The position numbers and the translations under genes were made by a program. DNA of 46,394 nucleotides, counting the filler, from Catajapyx aquilonaris (Eukaryota): the NCBI GenBank assembly GCA_000934665.2. It is 2 parts of 2 records of this genome, joined end to end, with 100 filler letters (N's around TTAATTAATTAA, not from the genome) between each part and the next. Parts side by side here need not be neighbours in the genome. Positions count along the whole stretch, not along the records: positions 1 to 23,145 come from JYFJ02005734.1; 1 more part is not named here. One strand, given 5' to 3'. Numbering within the stretch: position 1 is the first letter of the stretch; the number at the start of each line of letters is the position of its first letter. Shown here one piece after another: positions 1 through 14,300 of this stretch. Under the pieces are notes generated by a model. That model had not been told where the DNA came from and did no database searches. It worked only from the letters and a program-made list of their open reading frames with translations.

Positions 1-1516
1 AAGTCACACCCATTCAGCTAAAAAAAATAAAAATAGGATGTCCATTCAAATGGACATTTTGTCTCAGGAAGAAAAGAAAATTACCAGATCTCTACAAGAA
101 CAGAGATGGTCACAGACAATTTTTTTCGTATTTCCTAATGCACATTCCTTGCGAATCCCAGGGCATTCCCTACATTGACGAAAATCGCACTCTAAATATG
201 AGGAAAAAAATAAAACTTATCAGATGAGCGCCTTGCTTCAGCAGCGGCATCCGCCATTTTTTCCGCGATTTAATTTTCGCGGCCCAAGTCAGATATTCGA
301 CACTAGGTGGCTACAGCTATTGAGGCCAGATTGTAATCATGGGATACCAACAGATTACAGTTCTGTTGGCATCACTAGTTGGCGCCAAAAAAACTTTTCC
401 AGATGTCCAGTATACTGGTCGCCGGGTCTCAGGAGGATATAATGCATACACAGTACTATACATGTATGCATACACTATGCTACACATCACAATCGGTAGC
501 TGTATGCCTGTATGATTCTTTGGTCCTGTTAACTGTTATTGCCTATTAGTGGCTATTATATTTAATGCATGTAATGCAGGTTAATGGAAATGTTCCTCAC
601 TTTGTACCTGCAGTGTAAAAAAAACACATTATTGACAAAAGGCATAAAATATATACTCATAGTGTTGTTTCTAAAAACACTGCTTGTAAGTTGTTATTTA
701 AAACCAACTTGTGCTGCTGTAAGCAATAAAATATATCACAGAGTGTGCCCAGTATATGTGTACTCTACAGTACAGCCTAAAGTGCCATTGGTGTTAAGGT
801 AAATTGCATTTTCAGTTACTTGAATAATTTTTATTGGTAATGCAGGCACCACCATTTCTGCTGAAAAAAAACAAACATTTACCAGTCAGGATCAGGGAGG
901 ATGCAATTTTACATACTAGTGAAGTCGGGGACTGCCAAGAATTTCTGTCTTGTTGTACCAGGTAGGTGCTGTGAATACTGACAAAAAATAATTACCCAGT
1001 CTGCTTTCTGTGCCTTGCACCTCATAATATTTCCACTGGGCACACGACACCTACATCCTCATCAACAACATACAACAGCCTCATATGAACAATTTAAAAC
1101 CCCCACGAGAAGGAAAATGTGACAAAGTTTGAAAATGGCTTTTGTCTCAAAATTTTCAAGTCCTCATTAGTTATTTTTTTAAAGGTTTGTGTAAATATTG
1201 TTTTAAGACACAAAAACCTGAAATCACAAGGTCTTATTTCTTTAGGCTAAACTCATGTCCCAGAAAACTTGCTTTAGAAAACATTCAACATTCAACTATG
1301 GTAGCGCAGTCCAATATGCAAAGGGCATGCAATGCATGGCACTGCATCATATGGTATACAGCTGCAGGCCCCTGTTATCTGCTGGTAATTGGTTCTAAGC
1401 CCCCCTGTGGATAAGTAAAACCCACAGATACACCAAACCACTCTTAGCATACACACATACCTACGATTAGTTTAATTTACAAAATCCACATTAACACATC
1501 AACAAAAACAATTAGC

Positions 1517-1866
1517 GGGGGAGACGGAGTGGCGCCGCAGTAACATGTGCGCCCACGGATGTTAAGGTCCCGGGATCTAATCCCGCCCGGGGACACCCCC
1601 TTCATCCGTGCAGAGTGTGGGTCGTCTCTGGCTTTGTTTCTGGGTGGAATATCCAATAGACACATCCACCCGGGGGAGTTCACAAAATGACCTAGTACAG
1701 CATATGCACTGCACTTTGCACATCCCCTCCTGTCATCCCGCCCGTGGGCCCAGGCGCTTCGTAAAAAGGTTCCAAACCGTAAACAACTTGGTAAATAAAG
1801 GCTGCACTAACCCACAATTATTTAAATAATAATAATAATCATCATCATCATCATCATCATAATCAT
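1517..1866 (+). mobile_element. tRNA-derived SINE with (AAT/CAT)n tail
   Basis: A-box-like TGGCGCCGCAG and B-box-like GGATCTAATCCC in the head. Trinucleotide tail at about 1826-1866. Short TSD AATTAGC at 1510-1516 and 1867-1873. Confidence 0.75.
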
Positions 1867-3281
1867 AATTAGCAATACTATTGTAATTACAACTCAGTAA
1901 TATAAGTTAATATAATAAAACATGGGTTGGATTTCATAATTCAATGTTATAAAATGTTTATTGAATATTCTCAATCCACAGATAACAGGGGCTCCCTGTA
2001 GCCTATTATTCAGAGCTGTTTCCCAATTCCCATAAATAACCTACGCCCCTATTCGCTTGTTGATAAAGACTGACTTGCAGGCCAGTCCTGCCTGTCATAT
2101 TTTCAATTCTGACTGACACCAAAATCAAAGGAATTGATTCATAAATACTAAATTCAGCCTATTTGTAATTCCTGATTGGTTGAGTTGTGCATACCTTTAG
2201 CTACAATTGCAAGCAATTACCATGTCGATTGAGGCAATTTTCGTGATATTATATGCCTTTGTCGAAGATTCTAGCTACAAAACAAGCCCTTCGCCTCTTG
2301 GTCATTCCCTCTATATCGAGATAACCTAACAAGTAATGCCCAGGTATCGACTAGGATGTGCATTGTAGTGCATCCTTCTCAAACAGTTCAAGTGTGACAT
2401 CCTCCAATCAGTCTGGAGGTCGCAGCAAGTAACACATTTTCTGACCTTTTTTTTTTAACTTTTAGTTTTTTTGGCAAGCAACATCTGATATATTACATGT
2501 ATATACATACATATGACCTGCTCTCTTGACAGTTCCAGGTGGTCCAAAGATCATCTCCTTTCTGAATATATTAAGTGAGTTTGAAAAGATACCCTGGCTA
2601 GTAATTTTGGAATTCAAACACCTGAGCTTTTACATTGATGAATTGTATGCCATTGTGGGTCTACCTGAATTCTACTTGATGTGATAAAAACATGTGAATG
2701 TAGCAAATACGTAGCAAATGATGTAGTGAAACAAAAGAGATGCAAAGTGCCCCCAACAGTCAACACCCAAAACTATGTGAAACCATCCTAAACAATCTTC
2801 TACTATGTGTGATATTTTGGGAAGTTCGTTTGTGAGTTTGTTCGGTGGCTTTCCCTGGTTGTTAGAGGACAGTTCTGGGATGGCTTCTGAATTGTTGCAT
2901 TGTGCTATACAAGAAATGTGCCGCCATGATTGGTCAATGATAAGTGGATCGGGTTGGGAAAAGGCTCCTCTGCATTTTCTCTGCAATCTTTGGAAGCCTG
3001 AATTGGAAGTGGGGAAACCAGGGTCAAAATGGAGTAATGTTCTCCATTAGTCATGGGCTGGGACGTCATCATGGTGCCATCAACAAATCACCCCGTAAAA
3101 CACCATGGATCAACATGGGTGACAAAGCATGTCTCTCAACCAGAACCTTATTGGAAGGCAACCTTACTGGAAGCCTCGCCTCTCTCTCTCTCGGAGATGG
3201 CAGCAGCCTTTCCTTCACTGACAGTTAGTGGGCTTTTGGTTATCTTCCTCCAAGCTCTCTGGTGAAGGATATGCTTGACAC

Positions 3282-4196
3282 CAGAGGGCTCAAACATGAA
3301 GCCCGCGGGCAACTCATTTGCGCCCCCCAGGTCCTATCTCATGTTGTTGGCCATTACCAACATGTTCATGAATTTGACGATGGACAATGAACAAATACCT
3401 TTACGTCCATGTCTTTATTTATGGTTCTGCCATGGGTTCAGTGGGGAAGTCTGGGAAAATATTCCTTCTGAAAGTGTCAGATGTAGTGTTCGGTAGCACC
3501 AAGACTCTCAAGGGCAGAGGTTCGACTGGATGCGGAGGAAATGCTGTCCAGATGTTCGGAGTCTGGTGGCTCACAGAATGACCACATGACACAGTCCGTA
3601 ATTTATTATGCAGGTCGCCTGGTTTTGGGGGAAAAGTGAAAAGAATCTGGGATGAAAAAAATCAGTCCTCATCTTGGGCCCATCCTGCCAAGTTACCCTT
3701 TAGTCATGCTTTATACCCCATCGTGCTGGTTAGTCGTCAGTGTATTTCTGCCGATTCTCGCATCACGATTTGTGCATCAGGACGCACAAAAATGAAGAGG
3801 CAAGTCCTTCTGAAAGTGACTAGTAACTTAACGTCTGTTACAGATTTTTTATATGCACATCTTCGATTTTAGGATTCCACTGTACTTTGGCAGTTACATT
3901 CACTTAAACTTGTGTGACCTTGAACACACACAAAAATTTGCTTGCGACAGGCTTATTTGCACTTTCCTCATTTCCTCTATTATGAAAAGTTGAACATGCC
4001 TTTTTTGCAGTTCTGAAAATTCCATTGAATAAGCTCTGGCACAGACCATCAGAAGTGCAGTGCATTTTGTATATAGTCTAGTTAGTGTTAAACTACTAGT
4101 TTTCAGTACGAATATTGCACCGCTGGTAAGTGCAGCCCACACTAAAGTTCACGCAAGCTGATGTGGCCCTCTATCAAATCGAGTTTGAGACCCCTG
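3282..4196. mobile_element. hAT-like termini pair (degenerate)
   Basis: CAGAGGGCTCAAAC at 3282 and GTTTGAGACCCCTG ending 4196. Flanking 8-mers CTTGACAC / CTTTACAT match at 6 of 8 positions. Confidence 0.5.
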
Positions 4197-4411
4197 CTTT
4201 ACATCCTTGCTGACAAGTGGTGTTTTTGGAAATGACTTGTCAATGGCACCACAACATCCTTGGATGCCAGTAATGGGGAATGTTGCTCCATTTTGACTCG
4301 GGTTTCAGGTATTTTCTTTCATTACGAAAGAATGGGTGCTGACCACAATTCAGGCTTCATTTCTGAATATTGGCAGTGTGACAACAAAAAATCGATTTTA
4401 TTGCCTCGAGC

Positions 4412-4611
4412 CAGCGCCGGATTTACCCCCCTGGCCACCCCAGGCAGTTGAGATCTGCTGCCCCCCATCCCTCCCATGTCACCTTAAAATTCCATTTTTC
4501 TCCTGTGTTCTCGCCTTTGTTTTATTTTATTTTATTTAAACTAATTTATATTCCACCTTGCGGCCGCCCCTAGGCAATTGCCTACTCTGCCTAATGGGAA
4601 ATCCGGCGCTG
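4412..4611. mobile_element. Small hAT-like MITE
   Basis: 13-bp perfect TIR CAGCGCCGGATTT (4412-4424 / 4599-4611). TSD poorly preserved. Confidence 0.6.
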
Positions 4612-5390
4612 CCTGAAGACAGTCCACAGCCATCCTGACTGTTCGAGACAACAAAGAACGAATTTTGTCAAGAATAAACGCTACCGAGAGACTCTTTTTG
4701 ACAGAACAATGGAAAAGGGGTTGGTAATGCTATACTGCCAGATTACACCAACCAAAATTATCATTCCGATAGCTCCTAATGGATCGTTAGAAGCCCTTTC
4801 AACGTGTCCTAACGCTCTGTTAGTAGCTATCAAATCGGTAATTTTGTTGGTGCAATCAGGCATTAGTCTCCTAAGGTGCCCAAATGTCTGGCCCTGGTCG
4901 TGCCAAAGCCCCACAGAAATGTTTCCCACACATTTTAGGCAGTGACCCATTGAAGGTCATGCAATATGGCTTATCAATATCATTGAGGTTTTGGCTTAGG
5001 TGGTCCCATAGGGGAAACACATTCCTGGGGCACCTCTGGCCAGTACAGGTTTGGGAACCGAGTTGTGCTCTTTGGACATCTGGAAGAAGGGTAGAGCACC
5101 TCTGGACCAAATGGGCCCCTTTGGCCCAGTGGCGTACCTCTGCAGCTGAGCACCTAAAATCTATCCTTTAATTTTGTCGTGCAGTGCATCTGGAAGACCT
5201 ACAACATTAGAAAACACACTGTATTACAACATTCAACTGGGATGGGGGTGATACTGGGCTGATCAGAAATGACTAAAGATGAGTGGAAAGGGATTGCAGT
5301 TGTAGTGTGTACGTATGATGGATCACTGCCTGCTGATCTCACCTACTTCAAAATAAAAACACAATAAATACAGTAGCTCGCTTAATAAGT

Positions 5391-5396
5391 TTTATT
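5391..5396 (-). promoter_or_regulatory. Probable polyadenylation signal of Sec61 gamma
   Basis: AATAAA on the minus strand about 37 nt after the stop codon. Confidence 0.6.
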
Positions 5397-5432
5397 GTTA
5401 CATATGATTATTGATATATTGGTAGGACAGTC

Positions 5433-7562
<2,130 letters not shown>

Positions 7563-8309
7563 GGCTGCTGATGATCAACACTGACTTCCTGTAAGAAGAA
7601 CCCTTGAAAAGTTATGTCCTGCAAGCAATAACCCTGGCATGTAAATAAAAATTCATGATTGCTGTCCCATTGACTGAAAATCCCTAAATATTAGTGCATT
7701 CCAAAGGCATTCCAACTATTTGACTGTAAATTTTGTTTAAAGAATTTCCAACACACCCATATGCTGGTGCTTACATGCAGTGACTAAGAGACCGAAGAAC
7801 AGGCTTGCTGGCAAGTGCATGACATTCAAGTTACAGAATCTTGTACCACAATTCAAAAACTGCTGCTATCTACACGAGGTTTTTGTCCAGTGATAGTATA
7901 AAGATATGGGCAATCATGCTTGTAGGATTTTTTTTTATTTTTTTTGCAGCTTAACAGTACTTACTTTTGGAATGCACTAATAGAGATAGTAATAATGCAC
8001 CATCAGACGCTGCTATTGGTGCTGGTTGCATCAAACCAGGATCATAGGGGAGGAAAAATAATAATGACAACAATCATGGTCCTGTTTGGAATGCATTGAC
8101 TACCCTGCCCATAGAGAGAGGGCTTCTCAGCTGTGATCCGAACTGCCACATCCTTTTAAATCAACCCTAGACACAGTATATGAATGCAATACCATTACCT
8201 GCCTATAACTGTACAGCAGGGTTTTTAGGTTGACCCCTCCCAAAATTTTCAGACAATTATGAAATGGTACCCATCCAATTAGGGTTAAATCTGGGTTGCT
8301 GATTTTGGT

Positions 8310-8462
8310 ACTGGGAGGGCGACAAGAAAACCCACAGATACAAGGAGAGAACCCATCAAAACTTTTTCCGTATTTGAGAAAATCCTCAATACGGCTTAGG
8401 GATCAAGCTTGGGTCATTAGAAGTGGAAGGCTATGGCATTAACTTCTATATCACCACTGCCC
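8310..8462 (-). mobile_element. Degenerate SINE related to the 19026-19294 family
   Basis: Reverse complement resembles the head and the GATGGGTTCTCTCC..GTGGGTTTTCT body of the 19026 copy. Confidence 0.45.
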
Positions 8463-8960
8463 TAAGTAATAAATTTCACACCCTGTGTTTTTCACTGGAA
8501 CTGACCAAATGGTGTACTTGGAATTGGTGAATTTTTGTAAGTTTTTGGTGCTAAACTTGCCAAAGGACTGAGCCCTTCGCTTAACTTGTTTCAGGAAAGA
8601 AATATGGCAGTAAGTGACTGGGTAATTACATGGTGTAAGCAAGCCTCGCAGTGCACATGGAAATTATTACTAAGAGAAGGTAGGATTCCCGAATATAGGG
8701 TGCTGAACTTATTAGGTTATGAAATTTGACTTGTCAATGATGGCAGTTCTGAACCAACCAGGACCTTCAATTACAGTATCTAGGGCAGATTTTGCACTGA
8801 CATACCCAATTGTTGCTAAATATGAACTGGTGCAAAAGAATTGCATTGTTATATAGGTACAGGTCCACTAACCCACCTGAACCTGTGACAGTCAACACTA
8901 TTATTGAATATGTCCCAAGACACAAGCATGCTAAGCAATAACATGTGATTTTTCCATTAA

Positions 8961-10295
8961 CCTCTTTGCTACCAGATATGTAGGTCCGAACCACATAGAT
9001 TTTGGCTTACGCATACTCCGAAGATACGGACAAGATATTTTACAAGTAATAACAGCTCTACTTACCCCATTCAGGGAAAACACTGTCTGGAACAATTTTA
9101 CTCGTCTAGAAATCCCTAAATTACTTTCCAAAAAAAAGGCTATTAAAACTCGAAATTGGAGTACTACCATTACTGTTAAGGGCGCTACACAAATTCGGCG
9201 AAAGGCTGAGTGGGCGGCAAGAGTGCGTTTGCGGGCGTGGTTTGGGGCGCGGAACTGAGCGGTGGCAATCGCACAAGTCCATCCAGGTGGACTTGAGCGG
9301 TTCCCACCGCACCAGTTTCCGCTTGCAGCGCCACCGCTTGAATTTGTGAATTGCGGGGAGGTGTGGTGGCCGTGATGGTAACGTCACGGCTTGCTGTGTG
9401 AAAGGCCCCAGGTTCGATCCCTGCCTGGGGAACTTTCCTTTCACCTGCGTCGGGAGGGTCTCTGACCTGCACCAAGGAGGTGTCTGGCAACCTAACCTCC
9501 TGGGGAACAGCACATGACCCATAGCTATGACATTGCACCTTGCACCCATGTTCCCTCCCCGAAAAATCCCTATCCTTACCCAAATTCCTTGATTCCTTGC
9601 ACCGGAGTGGAAGTTAAAAGAAAAATAGGAAAATAAAATAAAGGTTCATGCGATATACCCCGGAAGGGGTGAAAGCATTACCCACAATTATTATTATTAT
9701 TATATTAATTTGTGAATTGCCACCACTCACATTCCGCGCCCCAATCGCACATTTTCCGACCGCTCAGCCTTCCGCCGAATTTGTGTCGAGGCCTTTAGGC
9801 TGATTTCATTATGAAATGTGTGAAAATATGCGGAATAACGACCTTGAGTACCATGCCAGATGAATTTGCTGAAATCTCTGTTGTGAGAAGTAAATGAATA
9901 CTTACTTGTGGCTTTCTGGCACTCTGGAAAACTCCCAAATTGATTTACTTCTCGTGAAGTATCAAAAAGCCGCAAATAAGTATTAATTTATTTCTCGCAA
10001 AGTGCAAAGAATTCAGCAAATTCTTCTGGCAAGGTTGTTGTTGCGTATATTTTAGTGTGTTTCATAATTACATCAGCCTAACAGTTGGTCGTCAGTACTC
10101 CAATTTCGAGTTTTTCTAGCTTCTTTTTGGAAATTAATTTAGGGACTTTTAGATGAGTAAAATGGTCCCAGACAGATTCATAGTTTTCCCTGAAAGGGTA
10201 AGTACAGCTGATATTATTAGTCAAATACGGTATTTCTTCGTATCTTCGGAGTAAGTCAAATCTACATGGTTTGGACCTATCTGGTAGTGAAGGGG
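8961..10295. mobile_element. piggyBac-like non-autonomous element with about 200-bp imperfect TIRs
   Basis: TTAA at 8957-8960 and 10296-10299. CC..GG termini. 8961-9165 mirrors about 10095-10295. Confidence 0.8.
9355..9706 (+). mobile_element. tRNA-derived SINE (family A) nested in the piggyBac-like element
   Basis: A-box TGGCCGTGATGG and B-box GGTTCGATCC. (ATT)n tail. 14-bp TSD AATTTGTGAATTGC at 9341-9354 and 9707-9720. Two further copies in the window. Confidence 0.9.
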
Positions 10296-11338
10296 TTAAG
10301 GGGCATTCAATTTGGAATTACTAAGTTATTTAAAATATCCCTGTAAGAATGTACACTCATGTTCAAACTCTTTGCAACGCAGGTGGTAAATTTCTAACTT
10401 TCTTTTTTCCCTGTGCACAACCTGTGCCATGTGCAACAACAGACACAGCAGTATCAACAAGGTCCCAAAAATTCTATAACTGTTTAAAGCTAGTTTTAGT
10501 AGCCTACGTAAAACACAACAATATAAGTACCACTTACTATATCAGCTAGGTACAACCGTGTATAAAACGGTGAAGGTAAGCCCTCTGAAATGTTAGTCAA
10601 AATCTCACAAACGCAATGACACAAGTAACCCACTTATAATTCGTCCTACACACTAATTACCTAACACGTCCTCTGCAGGGGGCAAACAATACAACAACTT
10701 GAGCCAAGCTACAGCACGCAGTAAGACACACACGTGCAGCTGACCAAACCTCAACTAAGACAGACCCACCACCACTCACCCTCTAACCTTCCCTTCCACG
10801 TCAGTCGATACGGAAGGCCGATTGAACTCCCAACACCCAACAGCCAACTTCCAACGGGGAGCTTTTTTTTTTTTCCTTCTTTTCCCCCCCTCCTCCCACT
10901 GTTCCACTTCCACTTCCACATCACACACAGGGTATGACACAAGGTCCCCAAGGTTAACACCAGGTGGCAGAAGGTATGTGGGCATAGATGAACACTAAGG
11001 CGCTGTAGTTATAGCTTGCAAACACTAGCCTGAAGTGGCAGCACTATTCGCCTCGGCATTGTTAGGAAAAGGCGCGAGTCGGAGGTGTCCAGACCCCTGG
11101 TCCAGACTGCGGTGGCCGAGGCAGTGGCGGTCCACTGGTTAGTCTGGTTGGTTGGAACTCGGAAGCCGGTGTTTGTGGACTAGTGGCCGGTGTATACGGG
11201 AAGCGGACAAGCTCGAGAGTCGTAGCCGAGATCTGTAGCGTAGCTGGGTTGATTGCACGTAGGTTGGAATTGGTAGGTAAGGAATATCCAGGCTGTTTGG
11301 GGCATGCTGTAATGGAGTGTAATTTGTTCTAGTTGAAG

Positions 11339-14300
11339 ATGGAGGGACATATTGAGATGGACGAGATGATATTTGGAGAAGGAGGTGAGATTGATGATTT
11401 GGTGGCAGATGTGCAGGACGATGGCGGTGGTGAAGCTGAGAAGGAAGAGGGTGCAGATGAAGCTGAAGGTGGCAAGAAGGTGAAAGGGCTACGTGCTGGC
11501 CCACGCATCCCCCTGCCGAAGTTGGATGCCAACAAATTATGCGGGCGTGATGGACTCAGGCGCCTTCCTCAGATACAATCTGAAACCTTATCGCAGATTA
11601 AGTTGATTCCAAATACTGACATTCCAAGGATGTTAGGTGCTATTTTGCGCCCACTCAACCAGTGGGTACACAGGCTTGCGCCGCATCTAAATGAAGATGA
11701 CGCTTTTAAGCGCATTGAGCAACTGGGAAGCAACAAGCAGGTTCAGGTATGGGTGTTGCTTAAATTATATTAACTTCAGGATCATTGTAACCCTTAGGTC
11801 GCTGCATGTGCATTTTAATGCAGTTAGGGAAAAAATTAATATCTCCTGACACCTGAAGTCAAGTCAGTCTTGGCCTAAGTTCCCTTTACAAGTGCCAAGT
11901 GGGATAAATCCCTAAGAAAAACTGCTTGGCCAGGAAATGAATAATATATCGATCCATACTGATTCGCACTATTAGAGAACCTTTCCTTTAACTCACTAGA
12001 GACTAGATGGAAGGAGCTTAGCCGTTTTTGGAGGGTAAACTGAACATTTGTAATAGTTCCTCATATCCACGGAAAAGGGCGTGTAAGAACTAAGCCTCCT
12101 TCCCATGGGTGCATGACTCATCCTTAAAACCAAGTTTCATTTTCTTCCTTTACTGCAAAATATAATTTACCTGCAGTAGTTTAAATTGTTCCTACTGACT
12201 GAGGTAGAAAAACAGCTTGTCGTTTTGAGACACAAAAGAAATAGTTTATTGTGCCTGGCTACACACGATCAACAATAATATGGTCCCACAGCAGAAGGGC
12301 CTAAGTGCCATTTCAGACAAAATGTGTTTTTTGAAGGTAGAGGGGCCGTAGTGCCATTCCTCACTTGCAAAAAAATCTGGAGAGTCCTAAGCCACTTGCT
12401 TGCGCCCATGCAGCCTTGAGAATGGGGAACAAAAAATGCTCTCCTGAAAAATTTGTTTAACCCTCGGACGGTGACGTGGGCACTTTTTGTGACCAACGAC
12501 CCTTTTTTTGCTCTAATTTGGCAAATTGAGGACATTCGAGATTCATCTTTGAGAACATTTTCGTTCGACTATTTCTGTGATGAAAGACGTTTAGTTTAAT
12601 TTTTTTGAGCAAATAGCACGACCAGGAAAAAATAAATTAGGCGGCAATGCGTAGATGGGGCCTAACCAAGACCCGGTCTGGTGGCTCCCGGTGGCATCCC
12701 AGGCCGCCAAGGGGTGGAATCCCCCTACCCCCGGGAGTTGGCCCCGACTGATTTTCTTTCCGATTTTTTTCTGATCGCACTATTTTCTCAAAAAATGTAA
12801 ACTAAACGCTATTTGTCGTAGAAGGAATCACACTATGATTGTCTCAAAAGTGAAGCCCGAATATGCTATATTTCGCCAGATATAACAAAAAATATGGCTT
12901 GGTCACAAAAAGTGCCCACGTCACCGGAGAGCGAACATTTCGCACGTCACCGTCTGAGGGTTAATGGCACTTTGGCCCTTCTGCTGTGGCACCATTGTGG
13001 TTTTCTCGCCTATTTTGGTAAAGTGCATGATGATAATGTTCTATCGGCACAATATTATCACAGACTATAAGAAACACAAATGAAAGTGTCAGCTACAATA
13101 TTCCACCAATAGTACTATATCGCCCAAAAAGATAGAGACGATTTTGCATTTGACTCAAGTGCAACTTGCACTTGAATCAAATGCCAATCGTCTCTATCTT
13201 TTTGAGCGATATAGTACCTTACCATACAGTAACCTGTCATGTAATACAGGGTATACCAAGTATATTATTTCTTTTAGTTATAGGAAATTTCGCTCGAAGC
13301 TGTTATACTGATCCAGGTGCCCTATTTTATAGCTACTGATCCAGGTGCCCTATTTTATAGCTACTGCTACATTCGACCACCTGATTGTACTGAGGAGCCT
13401 GGATCGGGCACAACAAGCTACACAAAAATTACTACTTTGAATAATAGCCGTGATAACTAAAACGACCCATGAACTTGGAACACCCCGGTATATCCTGGGC
13501 ATGAAACCTAGCTAGTGCATTATGACCGTGCTTCAAGTGAAAATAACTTGTACGAAGTGTGATCAAAAAGTTCCCGGACTGTCGATATACCGTGCAATGC
13601 AGTGGAGGTACGAACTTGTGACGTTAGGGGGCGCTAGGTGCACCTTTCAGCTATTAGTCTGAAAAATTTCGTCTTCATAGGTGCATAGGTGCACAGTTTC
13701 CGAGTTTCGGCAGTTTTCTTGACACCGTGTTCTTGTGCTTTTGTGATTTTTCGAAATGGCTGATGTTAGGGAGCAAAAGATTTGTATTAAATTTTGCTTC
13801 CAGCTCAACAAAACTTCGGATTCAACCAACCAAATGCTGAACAAGGCTTTTGATGAGCAAGTTGTAAGACAGGCAATAACGTATGAGTGGTTTAACAGCT
13901 TCGAAGGTGGCGCGTCAAGTTTGCAGCAAAATCAACTCAATGCTGATCGTTTTCGTTGACATTTTAGGAATTGTGCATATGGAGTTTCTCCCTCCTGGTA
14001 AAACTGTCAACGGCAAGTATTACTGCGATGGTTTGAGACGATTTAGGCTCAAATGACCGGAGATGTGGAAGAACATAGACTGGTTGCTGCACCATGACAA
14101 TGCCGCCTGCACACACCTCACGCGTAGGCAGGGACTTCCTGACAAAAAAACAATATGACCACTGTTCCACACCCTGCCTATTCGTTTGTCCTGGCACCAC
14201 GTGATTTCTACCTCTTCCCTAAAATGAAATTTGGGTAGAAAAGGAGGCATTTTGACTCCACTAAAGAGATCTAAGCAAAATCGCAGCAGGTGTTGAACAC

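Larger units (their letters stand above)
2320..5200 (-). pseudogene. Decayed zinc-finger gene relic resembling POGZ/ZNF280-type arrays
   Basis: Frame-broken minus-strand peptides: FPLWDHL, KMCGKHF, LMPDC..NYR..ALGH, LFHCS..FILDKI, KICNRR*VTSHFQK, KVFVHCPS..MANNM, KCRGAFSQPDPL, DCWGHFASLLFH..ICYVFAT, KCVTCC..LQCTS. Many stops and frameshifts, interrupted by MITEs. Family call is from recalled motifs only. Confidence 0.45.

Noticed and set aside
224..442. Short ORF and CTCF-like motifs (CACTAGGTGGC, CACTAGTTGGCGCC)
   Set aside because: No recognisable protein. The region looks like the end of a repeat cut by the window start, and short motifs alone are not evidence.
9121..9583. ORFs of 130-140 aa with similar copies at 22033-22434 and 29420-29743
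   Set aside because: They are translations of SINE family A, not a gene family.
13306..13366. 28-bp direct repeats, superficially CRISPR-like
   Set aside because: Two adjacent copies with no spacer inside a MITE in a eukaryotic intron. No cas genes.
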